From Bacteroidota bacterium (GTDB lineage Bacteria; Bacteroidota; Bacteroidia; Bacteroidales; UBA7960): DNA of 64,000 nt. The stretch spans positions 29,505 through 93,504 of the forward strand of contig RECE01000212.1 of NCBI GenBank assembly GCA_007694165.1, written 5' to 3'. The notes below the pieces were generated by a model. That model was given only the letters and a program-made list of their open reading frames with translations. It was not told the DNA's origin and made no database searches. Below, piece by piece: positions 20,244-28,940 of the stretch (positions are counted from its first letter, which is position 1; the number at the start of each line of letters is the position of its first letter). Both the position numbers and the translations under genes were made by a program.

Positions 20244-22367
20244 TTAATGCACCCCGTGCATCCATTTTTTCAGCAATGGAGCCATCAGGAATACAAAGAT
20301 ACCAACCCCAATAGATATGAGGAAAAGGTAGTAGAAGACATTGGAATAAATGTGTATGGTTTTGGTAGGTCCTACAAATGGGTTGAGCATACTTCCGGTT
20401 TTAACAAAACCATTTTGAGGTTCTTCCACGATTTCAACTCCCAGTGTTTTTCCATTGGGCATATAGAAATTGTGCAATACGTTGAAAGTATTGAAAGAGG
20501 TTCTCAGTGCCGTAGATCTTATGACAGTGTAGTTTTGTTCCGGGTTAATTACAACAGGATGAAAAGCCTCATCATCAGAGATAGTAATCACCAGCGCCAC
20601 TTTGTCAAATCTTTCAGGTCTGTTGATTTCTTTCATGATAAAAGTAATGGTATCCTTGCGGGGTAACATTGATTCCTGCATTTCAGTGTTTGTAGTGTTC
20701 TCCGGAGAAATAGCATGGGCCGAATACACAATAGTATCATTGGAGAACTGCATCTGTCCATGCGAAGGTTGACGGGTAAATTCGATTTCAGTGAGTCTGC
20801 CCGTTGGGTCAAGGTATGGAATTCTGAGGTCTGCATTGAATTGCTCACCGGGCTTGACGCTTCGGTGCAGGTAAAATACCTCAGGCTTGGGAGCAACTTC
20901 ATCCGGTCTTTCAGCTACTACATCCACCAGCATTTTCATGGGTTCAGAGCGAAGTGTATCGTTTCCATTTACGTAATAGGTTCTTACAGAAAACTGGTCC
21001 TTTCCGGTAAAAGAAGAACTGGGTTCATAGGTAATACCTGTTTCCATGTAATGGGCTGTTGAGGTAAGCCTTGCAATCATTCCCCCCACGTGTTGTGCCA
21101 TAGCGAATGACAAAAACCAGGCTCCCATAACCATGGAAACAATCCTTGCAGGCGCAAGCTTTGTTACCATTGACAGCCCTACGGGTGATATGCAGAGCTC
21201 TCCTGTAGTGTGCAGCAGGTAACCAAACAGAAGGAATACCAGGGCAACCATTCCATCGGGGCCAGCCAGCTGAGCTCCCAGAACAAATACTCCAAATCCC
21301 AGACCTAACTGGATTATACCCAGTGCAAATTTGATGGTAGTATTGGGTTCTTTGTCTCTTTTGCCCAAAGCAATCCACAGTGAAGCAAAAATGGGCGCAA
21401 AAATAATGATAAACATGGGGTTAACTGACTGGAACACGGAAGTGGGAACTTCAAAGCCCAAAATGAACCGGTTAACATTATTGGCAGTAAACAACGTAAT
21501 GGAACTTCCTGCCTGTTCGAAAAATGCCCAGAAAGTAATAGAGAAAAATGCGAGGATTAGAATAACCCATACCCGCTGTCTTTCAATTTTTTCAAAAGAG
21601 AACGACATGATAAGAATCCCTGCAAATACAATAATGGCAAATGGGGTCAGAACGTAGGCCATCAGTTCATATTTCCAAACCAGGAGTCCGATGAGCGGAG
21701 TAATAAGAAAGGCGCCGATATAAATTAATCGTTCCCGGTTGATTCCAGGCAGCAACATTTGGGTGAGTTTTTCAGGGTTGGGGGGCATACCGTTGGTAGG
21801 TTCAAATTTGTTTTGGCCGCGCACAAATACAATAAGGCCCATTACCATTCCGATACCTGCAAGTCCAAAACCGTAGTGCCATCCCAGAAGTTCTCCCAGC
21901 AGACCGCATGCCAGCGGCGCCAGAAATGCTCCCAGGTTGATCCCCATGTAAAAGATAGTAAACCCACCATCACGTCGTGGATCACCCGGCTTATACAAAC
22001 TACCCACCATAGAAGAAATATTGGGTTTGAAAAATCCATTGCCAATGATCAAAAAAGCGAGAGCTCCAAAGAAAAAAACTTCAGATTCTATGGCCATCAG
22101 GAAGTGACCAATTGCCATCAATACAGCTCCCAGTATAATCGCTTTTCGGTATCCCAGTATCTGATCGGCTATTACACCGCCAATAAAAGGAGTAGCGTAT
22201 ACAAGGGCACCATAGGCAGCATAAATACCATAAGCCTGGCTGTCGCCATAAAGAATCTGCCGGGTCATATACAATATAAGTAGTGCCCGCATTCCATAAT
22301 AACTGAATCGTTCCCACATTTCAGTAAAAAACAGGGTGTATAAAGCCCTGGGATGTTTTTCTTTCAT
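20244..22367 (-). CDS. Proton-dependent oligopeptide transporter (POT/PTR2 family) with a large extracytoplasmic insertion
   Basis: Trimmed to the ATG at 22367 (MKEKHPRALYTLFFTEMWERFSYYGMRALL, the POT signature). About 707 aa. Roughly 230 hydrophilic residues sit before the last TM helix. Confidence 0.85.
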   Translation of the reverse strand: MKEKHPRALYTLFFTEMWERFSYYGMRALLILYMTRQILYGDSQAYGIYAAYGALVYATPFIGGVIADQILGYRKAIILGAVLMAIGHFLMAIESEVFFFGALAFLIIGNGFFKPNISSMVGSLYKPGDPRRDGGFTIFYMGINLGAFLAPLACGLLGELLGWHYGFGLAGIGMVMGLIVFVRGQNKFEPTNGMPPNPEKLTQMLLPGINRERLIYIGAFLITPLIGLLVWKYELMAYVLTPFAIIVFAGILIMSFSFEKIERQRVWVILILAFFSITFWAFFEQAGSSITLFTANNVNRFILGFEVPTSVFQSVNPMFIIIFAPIFASLWIALGKRDKEPNTTIKFALGIIQLGLGFGVFVLGAQLAGPDGMVALVFLLFGYLLHTTGELCISPVGLSMVTKLAPARIVSMVMGAWFLSFAMAQHVGGMIARLTSTAHYMETGITYEPSSSFTGKDQFSVRTYYVNGNDTLRSEPMKMLVDVVAERPDEVAPKPEVFYLHRSVKPGEQFNADLRIPYLDPTGRLTEIEFTRQPSHGQMQFSNDTIVYSAHAISPENTTNTEMQESMLPRKDTITFIMKEINRPERFDKVALVITISDDEAFHPVVINPEQNYTVIRSTALRTSFNTFNVLHNFYMPNGKTLGVEIVEEPQNGFVKTGSMLNPFVGPTKTIHIYSNVFYYLFLISIGVGIFVFLMAPLLKKWMHGVH

Positions 22368-22580
22368 AGGTTTTGATAATTTGATTGGTGAATAGTTAAG
22401 GTATTGAATTATTTGTTGTATTAATTGAGTAGTCCAATAAAACTGTAATTCAGATCCAACCTGGCTTTTTTTGCAGGGCAAAGATATAGAATCTTAACAA
22501 ACCTTAAATAAATTTGGATGCTTCGCAGGTTAGTTGTTGTAAAATATCTACAAAAGAGAAGAGAATTCTGTTAAATATTG

Positions 22581-24722
22581 TTAGAATCTAACCCGCATCT
22601 GAGCTTTAATTTCTGTGCGTGAGTTGCTTTCAATCAAGTCCAGACCACTGCCAATTTCATGGCGGTTGGTATAAATGGTTTGGGCAATTCTTGCCTGCAG
22701 ATCGATATTCCTGTTGACCCTGTACCGTGCTACAATATAGGCTCTGTGTCCTTTGTCAGAATAAAAGGGGAAAGAAAAAGCATACAAGACATCATTCTCG
22801 TAGGCATAAATACGGGCATCAAAGCCATCGGTATCAAAAATGGCATAGCGTGCTGTAATGGCCCAGGGGCTGGCAAAATTGCGGTAAGAAACATCCTGGT
22901 ATATGAGAAAGCCCTGCTGCTTGTTGCTGCCATGTCGGAAATCCACCCATTCTGCTCTGTTTTTGAGGGTGAAAGATGGAGAAACAGGATAACTGATGTG
23001 CAGTCGAATGTTTTGTCTTACTACATCATCCAGAAACCTGATGGTGCCGATTTCAGGGGAATTAAGGGGTTTGTTTTTTATGCGGTAACGTGCATACATT
23101 TCAATCCTTCTTTCAGGCCTGTAATTCACCTGCGCCAGATAATCATATCCCATTGAGGGGGTATATGTCCTGAATTTCATCCAGGGGAAAGAAAAATGGT
23201 CGGCGTACGCATTTATCGACCATTGCCTTGAAAGTCTGGAATTGATACCTATATACAGTCCATTTTCATTGTTTACCCTTGTGTTTTCTGAAAAAGCCAC
23301 ACTCAGCAGCGATTGATAGTCAGGAGAAAATTTGCGGTGAACGATACTCATGCTCAGCCGGGGGTCAAGACTCATCATAACGCCGTTCAGAATAGCATAT
23401 CCACCACTTTCACTGGTAGCAATCTCACCGAAAATATTGAAATTCCGATAGATGTAGTTATAGTCTAATCCTGTTGCCCAATTGGTTCGCTGGTTAAGAT
23501 CAAACTGATTATAAAAAGAGAGGTTGCGCCGGAATTCCGCTCCCAGCTCCATATAATATCCGGTAACTCCCACATGAAAGTTAGACCTTCTCCAGGTAAG
23601 ATTGGAGCCCATAAATGTTTCCTGTACCGAGTTTTTGTTTTCAAGTTCCCTGGGGGTGCGGTGAAGGCCTGTTTGTTGCAAACTTGTGATAACAAGGGCT
23701 TCCTGGCTTATGGTGTCAACTTCAAGTACGTTGGCATCCCGGTATTTGCTGGAATAAAAGGCGGTAAATTCCAATTCTCCCAATCGAAGAGTGGTGCCTG
23801 CACCCCGCATGAAGTTGTTTTCATCTACAGAAGTATAAGGTCTGAGACCCAGCCCGTTTTTCTTAACATTCACTGCCTCACTGCTTTTTCCAAATGCAAG
23901 CCCTGACCAGAGTGTAAGCCCCTGTCCGAACTGCACCTGGTAATCGCCTAAAGCCAGGGATTTTATGCTTCCTACATCCCGCATATAAAAATGTGCGGAG
24001 TAAAAGTCAAAGCCATAAGGCTGACTACCGCGGAAAAATTCTTCACCGGGATCCTTTTCAGCAGTAACTCCTATGCTGATATTGTTGTAATAGGTAAACC
24101 TGTATCTTGAATAAAGCCTGTAAGGACTGCCAAGGTAACGGGCATTGGGATTGGCTTCCAGTTCTTCCGGCTCTATAGGAGAAAACCCTCTTTGTTCTTC
24201 AAACAATCTGTGATAACGCAGAAAATACTGGCTGTTACCCCTTTCAAAGATATCTCTCATTCTGAATACCCTTCTTGCTACTGCCTCATCAACCATAACA
24301 TAGGGGGAAATTTGCTCAATCACTTCAGAGGTGAAACCATCAATGGTTTGCAGTTCCATCATACTGATGAGGTTACCAAAGCGCTGCCGGTGCAAAATAA
24401 GGTTGTTGATCTGGATGTCGGTGAGAAAGAAAATTCTTCTTAAGTCCTCTGCAGAGGCTGCGTTGAGGTTTAAGGGGCGCTGGCGCAGCATCTCAAGCTC
24501 TTCGATGAGCTCAGAAGCATCAATTTCTTCGTCGCTTTCTTCTATGAGCGACTCGATTCTCTGATGAAATTCTTCTTCGTCAATGGTTTGCTCCGGGGGT
24601 GCCGGAGGCGGTTCCTCCTGGGTGGTTTGTGCATGAAGAGAAACGGCAGGGTACATTAATACTGCAAGGAGCAGAATCTTAATTTTTCCTGAAAAAGTAA
24701 ATTGATTCTTCCGCATCACCAA
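22581..24722 (-). CDS. Helix-hairpin-helix (ComEA-like) domain fused to a large outer-membrane beta-barrel
   Basis: 713 aa. Signal peptide (AVSLHAQ) and an acidic linker, then LNLNAASAEDLRRIFFLTDIQINNLILHRQRFGNLISMMELQTIDGF, a ComEA-type HhH pattern. About 550 aa of alternating beta-strand sequence follow, ending in RVRF (terminal Phe). Confidence 0.65.
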   Translation of the reverse strand: MVMRKNQFTFSGKIKILLLAVLMYPAVSLHAQTTQEEPPPAPPEQTIDEEEFHQRIESLIEESDEEIDASELIEELEMLRQRPLNLNAASAEDLRRIFFLTDIQINNLILHRQRFGNLISMMELQTIDGFTSEVIEQISPYVMVDEAVARRVFRMRDIFERGNSQYFLRYHRLFEEQRGFSPIEPEELEANPNARYLGSPYRLYSRYRFTYYNNISIGVTAEKDPGEEFFRGSQPYGFDFYSAHFYMRDVGSIKSLALGDYQVQFGQGLTLWSGLAFGKSSEAVNVKKNGLGLRPYTSVDENNFMRGAGTTLRLGELEFTAFYSSKYRDANVLEVDTISQEALVITSLQQTGLHRTPRELENKNSVQETFMGSNLTWRRSNFHVGVTGYYMELGAEFRRNLSFYNQFDLNQRTNWATGLDYNYIYRNFNIFGEIATSESGGYAILNGVMMSLDPRLSMSIVHRKFSPDYQSLLSVAFSENTRVNNENGLYIGINSRLSRQWSINAYADHFSFPWMKFRTYTPSMGYDYLAQVNYRPERRIEMYARYRIKNKPLNSPEIGTIRFLDDVVRQNIRLHISYPVSPSFTLKNRAEWVDFRHGSNKQQGFLIYQDVSYRNFASPWAITARYAIFDTDGFDARIYAYENDVLYAFSFPFYSDKGHRAYIVARYRVNRNIDLQARIAQTIYTNRHEIGSGLDLIESNSRTEIKAQMRVRF

Positions 24723-24725
24723 TTC

Positions 24726-25544
24726 CTATTTAAAATGGTAAACAAAACTAATTTGCGGCGAATACCCTAATATATGATGATAAGAGGTGGCAAGATCAAT
24801 ATTCAGGTTACCCACCTCCAGGCCGAAACCAAAGGCATTGGTCATGGGGTTGGTTCCTATTCCACCTCTCAGGTATACAGGATCGCTGATGCGGTATTCT
24901 ATTCCCACTTTAAAAACCGGATCGAGGTTTACACTTTTTTCGGCTTCCGCAATTACCATTACCCGTTCAGAAAACTCATAGGCCAGCCCGGTTTTGAAAA
25001 TGGTAGGGATTCTTTCATCGGCAAAATCTCCGATTTTGGCACGGGTGGGATTGAAGATATGTGCCCCGATACTGAGCTCCGGCGAAATATGGAAGATAAT
25101 ACCCAGTTCAAATGTCAGGTTTCCCTTATTTCCATAATCTTCTCCAATGCCCGTATTATGATAATTGAGCTGAATACCCGTGGAAAATCTTTCGCCAAAT
25201 TCTCTCCCGTAAGCAACTCCCACTTTGGTTTCGTTATAGAGTTCAAAACCGAAATAGGTAAAACTTACGCCAAAAACTCCTGAAGAAGTGGGAAGTACAA
25301 AAGCTCCGGCGCCAAAGCTGAGTTCTTCCACCAGAAACCTGTTTTCAAAAAACACTCCGGCAGCCATGTTTTCCAACCTGGCCAATCCAGCCTGGTTATG
25401 ACTTATGGCCCAGAAATCATAAAGGGTTACTGAAGCATTTCCCATGCCGGCTGCTCTTCCTCCAAATGGGTAATTGTCATTGGCAGCCTTCGAAGTCATG
25501 GATATGACCGTGATGATAAGTATCAGCGTAAAGGTTTTTCTCAT
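24726..25544 (-). CDS. PorV/PorQ-family (FadL-like) outer-membrane beta-barrel protein
   Basis: 272 aa with a signal peptide. GGRAAGMGNASVTLYDFWAISHNQAGLA resembles the PorV/PorQ N-terminal motif. Ends in YHFK. The stop lies 3 nt upstream of the next gene's start, so an operon is likely. Confidence 0.5.
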   Translation of the reverse strand: MRKTFTLILIITVISMTSKAANDNYPFGGRAAGMGNASVTLYDFWAISHNQAGLARLENMAAGVFFENRFLVEELSFGAGAFVLPTSSGVFGVSFTYFGFELYNETKVGVAYGREFGERFSTGIQLNYHNTGIGEDYGNKGNLTFELGIIFHISPELSIGAHIFNPTRAKIGDFADERIPTIFKTGLAYEFSERVMVIAEAEKSVNLDPVFKVGIEYRISDPVYLRGGIGTNPMTNAFGFGLEVGNLNIDLATSYHHILGYSPQISFVYHFK

Positions 25545-25799
25545 ACACTTGACCTGTTGTAAATGTATTGTGTTTGCTGGTGCCCTCAGGCTTTTTACTG
25601 CATTACCGGGTTGGGTATTTGCTCGCTGCCTGTATGCAATGCAAGTTACAATATTTTTTTTAGTAGGATTACAACTTTTTGAACTAAACTACAAATCAAG
25701 CCTCTCCAATGCTGACTGGTCCCGGAAGAGTAGCAGGTGAGTGAACTACGCTCAAAAAAAATTAATATCTTTGCCCGCATTGGTAATGCTTTGAATTTT

Positions 25800-26960
25800 A
25801 TGGAAAACTACTTTTCTTCAAAAGATAAAAAACTGGGTATACTTGGAGGTGGACAATTGGGCAAAATGCTACTGGATATTACCCGCCGTTATGATTTGTA
25901 TACAAAAGTGCTCGACCCCTCTGCTGATGCTCCCTGTGCCACGGGATGCAAAGAATTTGTACAGGGCAACTTCAATGATTACGATACAGTGATGGCCTTT
26001 GGGGCTGATTGCGACGTGCTTACCATTGAAATAGAGAGCGTTAACACACAAGCCCTGAAAGAATTACAAAGCCGGGGTAAGCATGTATTTCCCCAGCCTG
26101 AAATCGTTGAGTTGATCCAAAATAAGGTTCTGCAGAAGCAGTTTTATGCTGACAACCAGCTTCCTACAGCGCCCTGGTTTGGTTTTAAAAACAAGGCTGA
26201 AATGAAAAAGAAGATGGAGAAACACTCTTTTCATTTGCCTTTTGTCTGGAAAGCTGCTACCGGGGGGTATGATGGCAGGGGAGTAATGGTAATCAGGAAT
26301 ATGGCTGATCTGGAGAAAATTCCTGATATACCGGGTTTGATAGAGGAACTTGCCGCCATACAACATGAGATTGCTCTTGTGGCAGCGCGAAATCAGGCAG
26401 GTAGAGTGGCCGCTTTTCCTCCTGTTGAAATGTCCTTCCATCCCGTTGCCAACCAGGTAGAGTATGTGTTTTGCCCTGCCAAACTATCGGAAACAAAACT
26501 GGAAGAAGCCTCACAACTTGCTTTATCACTGGTTGATAAACTTGGCATTGTGGGGGTACTTGCTGTAGAAATGTTTGTAAACCAAAACGGTGAAATCTGG
26601 ATCAACGAATGTGCTCCAAGGGTTCACAACAGTGGCCACCTGACCATTGAGGCTTGCATTACCTCTCAGTTTGAGCAGCATCTGCGTGCCATCCTGGGAT
26701 TTCCCCTGGGAAGTACCCAACTCATCAGGCCTGCTGTAATGGTAAATTTAACCGGTGAAGAAGGTTTTACAGGACCTGTTTTTTATGAAGGAGCGGAAAA
26801 AATGCTGGCAACAGAAGGTGCTTACATGCATCTTTACGGTAAAACAGAAACCCGCCCTTTCAGAAAAATGGGACATGTAACCCTCACTGCAGAAACACTT
26901 GAAGAGGCAAGAGAAAAGGCGTTGAAAGTGAAAGAGATACTGAAGGTGAAAAGCGTTTAA
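25800..26960 (+). CDS. purK: N5-carboxyaminoimidazole ribonucleotide synthase PurK
   Basis: Trimmed from a GTG at 25737 to the ATG at 25800 (MENYFSSKDKKLGILGGGQLGKML). ATP-grasp fold. A TATCTTTG -7 box sits at 25766-25773. Adjacent to purE. Confidence 0.9.
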   Translation: MENYFSSKDKKLGILGGGQLGKMLLDITRRYDLYTKVLDPSADAPCATGCKEFVQGNFNDYDTVMAFGADCDVLTIEIESVNTQALKELQSRGKHVFPQPEIVELIQNKVLQKQFYADNQLPTAPWFGFKNKAEMKKKMEKHSFHLPFVWKAATGGYDGRGVMVIRNMADLEKIPDIPGLIEELAAIQHEIALVAARNQAGRVAAFPPVEMSFHPVANQVEYVFCPAKLSETKLEEASQLALSLVDKLGIVGVLAVEMFVNQNGEIWINECAPRVHNSGHLTIEACITSQFEQHLRAILGFPLGSTQLIRPAVMVNLTGEEGFTGPVFYEGAEKMLATEGAYMHLYGKTETRPFRKMGHVTLTAETLEEAREKALKVKEILKVKSV

Positions 26961-26993
26961 TAGAGACCAAAGACCAGAGACCAGAGAGTAGAA
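26961..26993. repeat. Purine-rich AGAGAC(C) repeat tract directly after the purK stop
   Basis: TAGAGACCAAAGACCAGAGACCAGAGAGTAGAA. A related copy follows the stop of the aminopeptidase gene at 28883. Confidence 0.6.
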
Positions 26994-27002
26994 TTGTAAT
27001 AA

Positions 27003-27044
27003 TGCAGATTTCAGAATGCAGATTTTAGAATGTAGATTTTAGAA
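27003..27044. repeat. Three tandem 14-bp repeats
   Basis: TGCAGATTTCAGAA / TGCAGATTTTAGAA / TGTAGATTTTAGAA. A partial inverted copy, TTCTAAAATC, lies at about 27164-27173. Confidence 0.8.
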
Positions 27045-27222
27045 TGGAAAGGTCAAAATACAACATCACCGATAAATTTGAAAGAAATAACAGGGTTATA
27101 TAATATGCTTTCATGTCGGTTTATTAGGGAAGAACGACTTTTCTGAGCAGACTCAATCTTAATTCTAAAATCCCCAATAACCCTATCCCGCATCCTTTCA
27201 GTCGCGGAATCTTAGCTTCGAT

Positions 27223-27334
27223 AACCCATTAACCTAATAACCTAATAACCTATTAACCCATTAACCTATTATCCTAATAATCTATTAACCCAATAACCCA
27301 ATAACTTAATAACCCAATAACTTAATAACCCAAT
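27223..27334. repeat. Fourteen tandem 8-bp units (AACCYAWT family), ending 9 nt before the purE ATG
   Basis: AACCCATT AACCTAAT AACCTAAT AACCTATT AACCCATT AACCTATT ATCCTAAT AATCTATT AACCCAAT AACCCAAT AACTTAAT AACCCAAT AACTTAAT AACCCAAT, counted by hand. Confidence 0.85.
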
Positions 27335-27343
27335 AACACAGCC

Positions 27344-27838
27344 ATGAAAAAAGTAGCCATAGTAATGGGAAGTTCCTCAGATTTGAGGGTAATGGAAGAG
27401 GCGGTAAAGGTGCTTCGCGAACTGGGAGTTGAAACAGAGGTAGATATTGTTTCAGCCCACCGCACTCCCCAAAAAATGTTTGATTTTGCGGCCAGTGCTC
27501 ATGAAAAGGGCATAGGAGTCATTATTGCCGGAGCCGGGGGCGCAGCCCATTTGCCAGGAATGATAGCATCTCTGACCCCGCTTCCGGTTATTGGTGTTCC
27601 CGTTAAATCATCCAATAGTATTGATGGCTGGGATTCTGTGCTTTCGATTTTGCAAATGCCCGCTGGGGTTCCCGTTGCTACCGTTGCATTGGATGGTGCA
27701 AGAAATGCAGGTATTCTGGCTGCCCAGATACTCGCAGTCAATGATGAAATCCTGAGAGAAAAAATAATGAGATTCAAAAAAGAACTGGAAGACAAAGTCA
27801 CAATAATGAGTGAGGAAACTCGTGCAAAATTTCAATGA
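27344..27838 (+). CDS. purE: N5-carboxyaminoimidazole ribonucleotide mutase PurE
   Basis: 164 aa. Motifs VAIVMGSSSD, SAHRTP and GAGGAAHLPGM are diagnostic. Confidence 0.92.
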   Translation: MKKVAIVMGSSSDLRVMEEAVKVLRELGVETEVDIVSAHRTPQKMFDFAASAHEKGIGVIIAGAGGAAHLPGMIASLTPLPVIGVPVKSSNSIDGWDSVLSILQMPAGVPVATVALDGARNAGILAAQILAVNDEILREKIMRFKKELEDKVTIMSEETRAKFQ

Positions 27839-27898
27839 GCATTCTATTTAGATTCATATACATCGTATTTTAAAAATATCAAAACACATTTATTAGTT

Positions 27899-28882
27899 AT
27901 GAACGATACCCGCAAACAACTGGAAGAAGCATCTTTAATCGCATTGCGCGATTGCATGGGACTGCAGAAAGAAGAAACCCTTTTGATTGTTACAGACGAA
28001 ATAAAACGTGAAATTGGTCTTGCATTGCACGAAGCCGGAAAGGAATTGTGCAAAGAGTCGGTATTGGTTGAAATACAATCGCGCGAAGTAAACGGTCAGG
28101 AGCCACCAGCATATGTTTCAGAAATGATGAAGCAGGTTGACGTTGTGGTTTGTCCTACAGCCAAGTCGCTTACCCATACCGATGCACGCCGGAATGCCGT
28201 AAAAGAGGGGGTAAGAGTAGGCACCATGCCCGGCATTACTGTTGATGCCATGGCTCGGTGTCTTAGTGCCGATTATGATAAAATCATAGGCCTTACCAAC
28301 CATCTGGCAAAAAAGCTGGAAGGAGTGTCCACTATCAGGGTTACTACAGCCAAAGGCACCGATATCTCCATGCCCGTTAAGGACAGGAAGATTATACCCA
28401 GCACAGGTGTGCTTAAAAATAAAGGTGAAAGTGGCAATCTCCCCTCCGGAGAAGTATACCTGGCTCCCTGGGAAGATGGCTCAAACGGTAAAGTTGTAAT
28501 TGACGGTTCAATGGCTGGTATCGGCGTTATTGCTGAGCCCATTGAAGTGGAGGTGGTTAATGGTTATGCTGAACAAATCAAAGGAGGCATTGAATCTCAA
28601 AAGCTCATTGATCTCTTTGAAAAATCAGGTCGTGATGCCCGGGCAGTAGCAGAGTTTGGTATTGGCACCAACTACAAGGCAAAGCTAACTGGGATGATCC
28701 TGGAGGATGAAAAGGTATTTGGAACCATTCACATCGCCTTTGGGAACAACCTTACCATGGGAGGAAAAATCTCAGTCAACAGTCACCTCGACGGTCTGGT
28801 TACCGAGCCCAATGTCTGGTTCGACGATGAGCTGATCATGGAAAAAGGAAAGATGGTGGGGTATACAGTAGAGAATAGATAG
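27899..28882 (+). CDS. Aminopeptidase (M29 / aminopeptidase-T-like family)
   Basis: 327 aa. The N-terminal LIVTDE block, the SGEVYLAP segment and the C-terminal HIAFGNN...NSHLDG block resemble thermophilic metalloprotease (M29) family members. Confidence 0.55.
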   Translation: MNDTRKQLEEASLIALRDCMGLQKEETLLIVTDEIKREIGLALHEAGKELCKESVLVEIQSREVNGQEPPAYVSEMMKQVDVVVCPTAKSLTHTDARRNAVKEGVRVGTMPGITVDAMARCLSADYDKIIGLTNHLAKKLEGVSTIRVTTAKGTDISMPVKDRKIIPSTGVLKNKGESGNLPSGEVYLAPWEDGSNGKVVIDGSMAGIGVIAEPIEVEVVNGYAEQIKGGIESQKLIDLFEKSGRDARAVAEFGIGTNYKAKLTGMILEDEKVFGTIHIAFGNNLTMGGKISVNSHLDGLVTEPNVWFDDELIMEKGKMVGYTVENR

Positions 28883-28913
28883 TAGAGACAAGAGACGAGA
28901 GAGTAGAGAAAAG
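28883..28913. repeat. Second copy of the purine-rich post-stop AGAGAC tract
   Basis: TAGAGACAAGAGACGAGAGAGTAGAGAAAAG begins immediately after the TAG stop at 28880-28882. Compare with 26961-26993. Confidence 0.55.
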
Positions 28914-28940
28914 TGAATGATTAATTGTTAATGAAGGGAG

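Noticed and set aside
27223-27334. Could the regular short repeats be a CRISPR array?
   Set aside because: The units are 8 bp and directly abut one another with no spacers. No cas genes are present. This is a simple tandem repeat.
26961-27343. Purine or ZTP riboswitch upstream of purE
   Set aside because: I looked for the purine-riboswitch junction words (TATAAT...GGATATGG...TTTCTACC) and the ZTP CCGCCTGGGC-type pseudoknot words. Neither is present, and the spacer is low-complexity repeat sequence.
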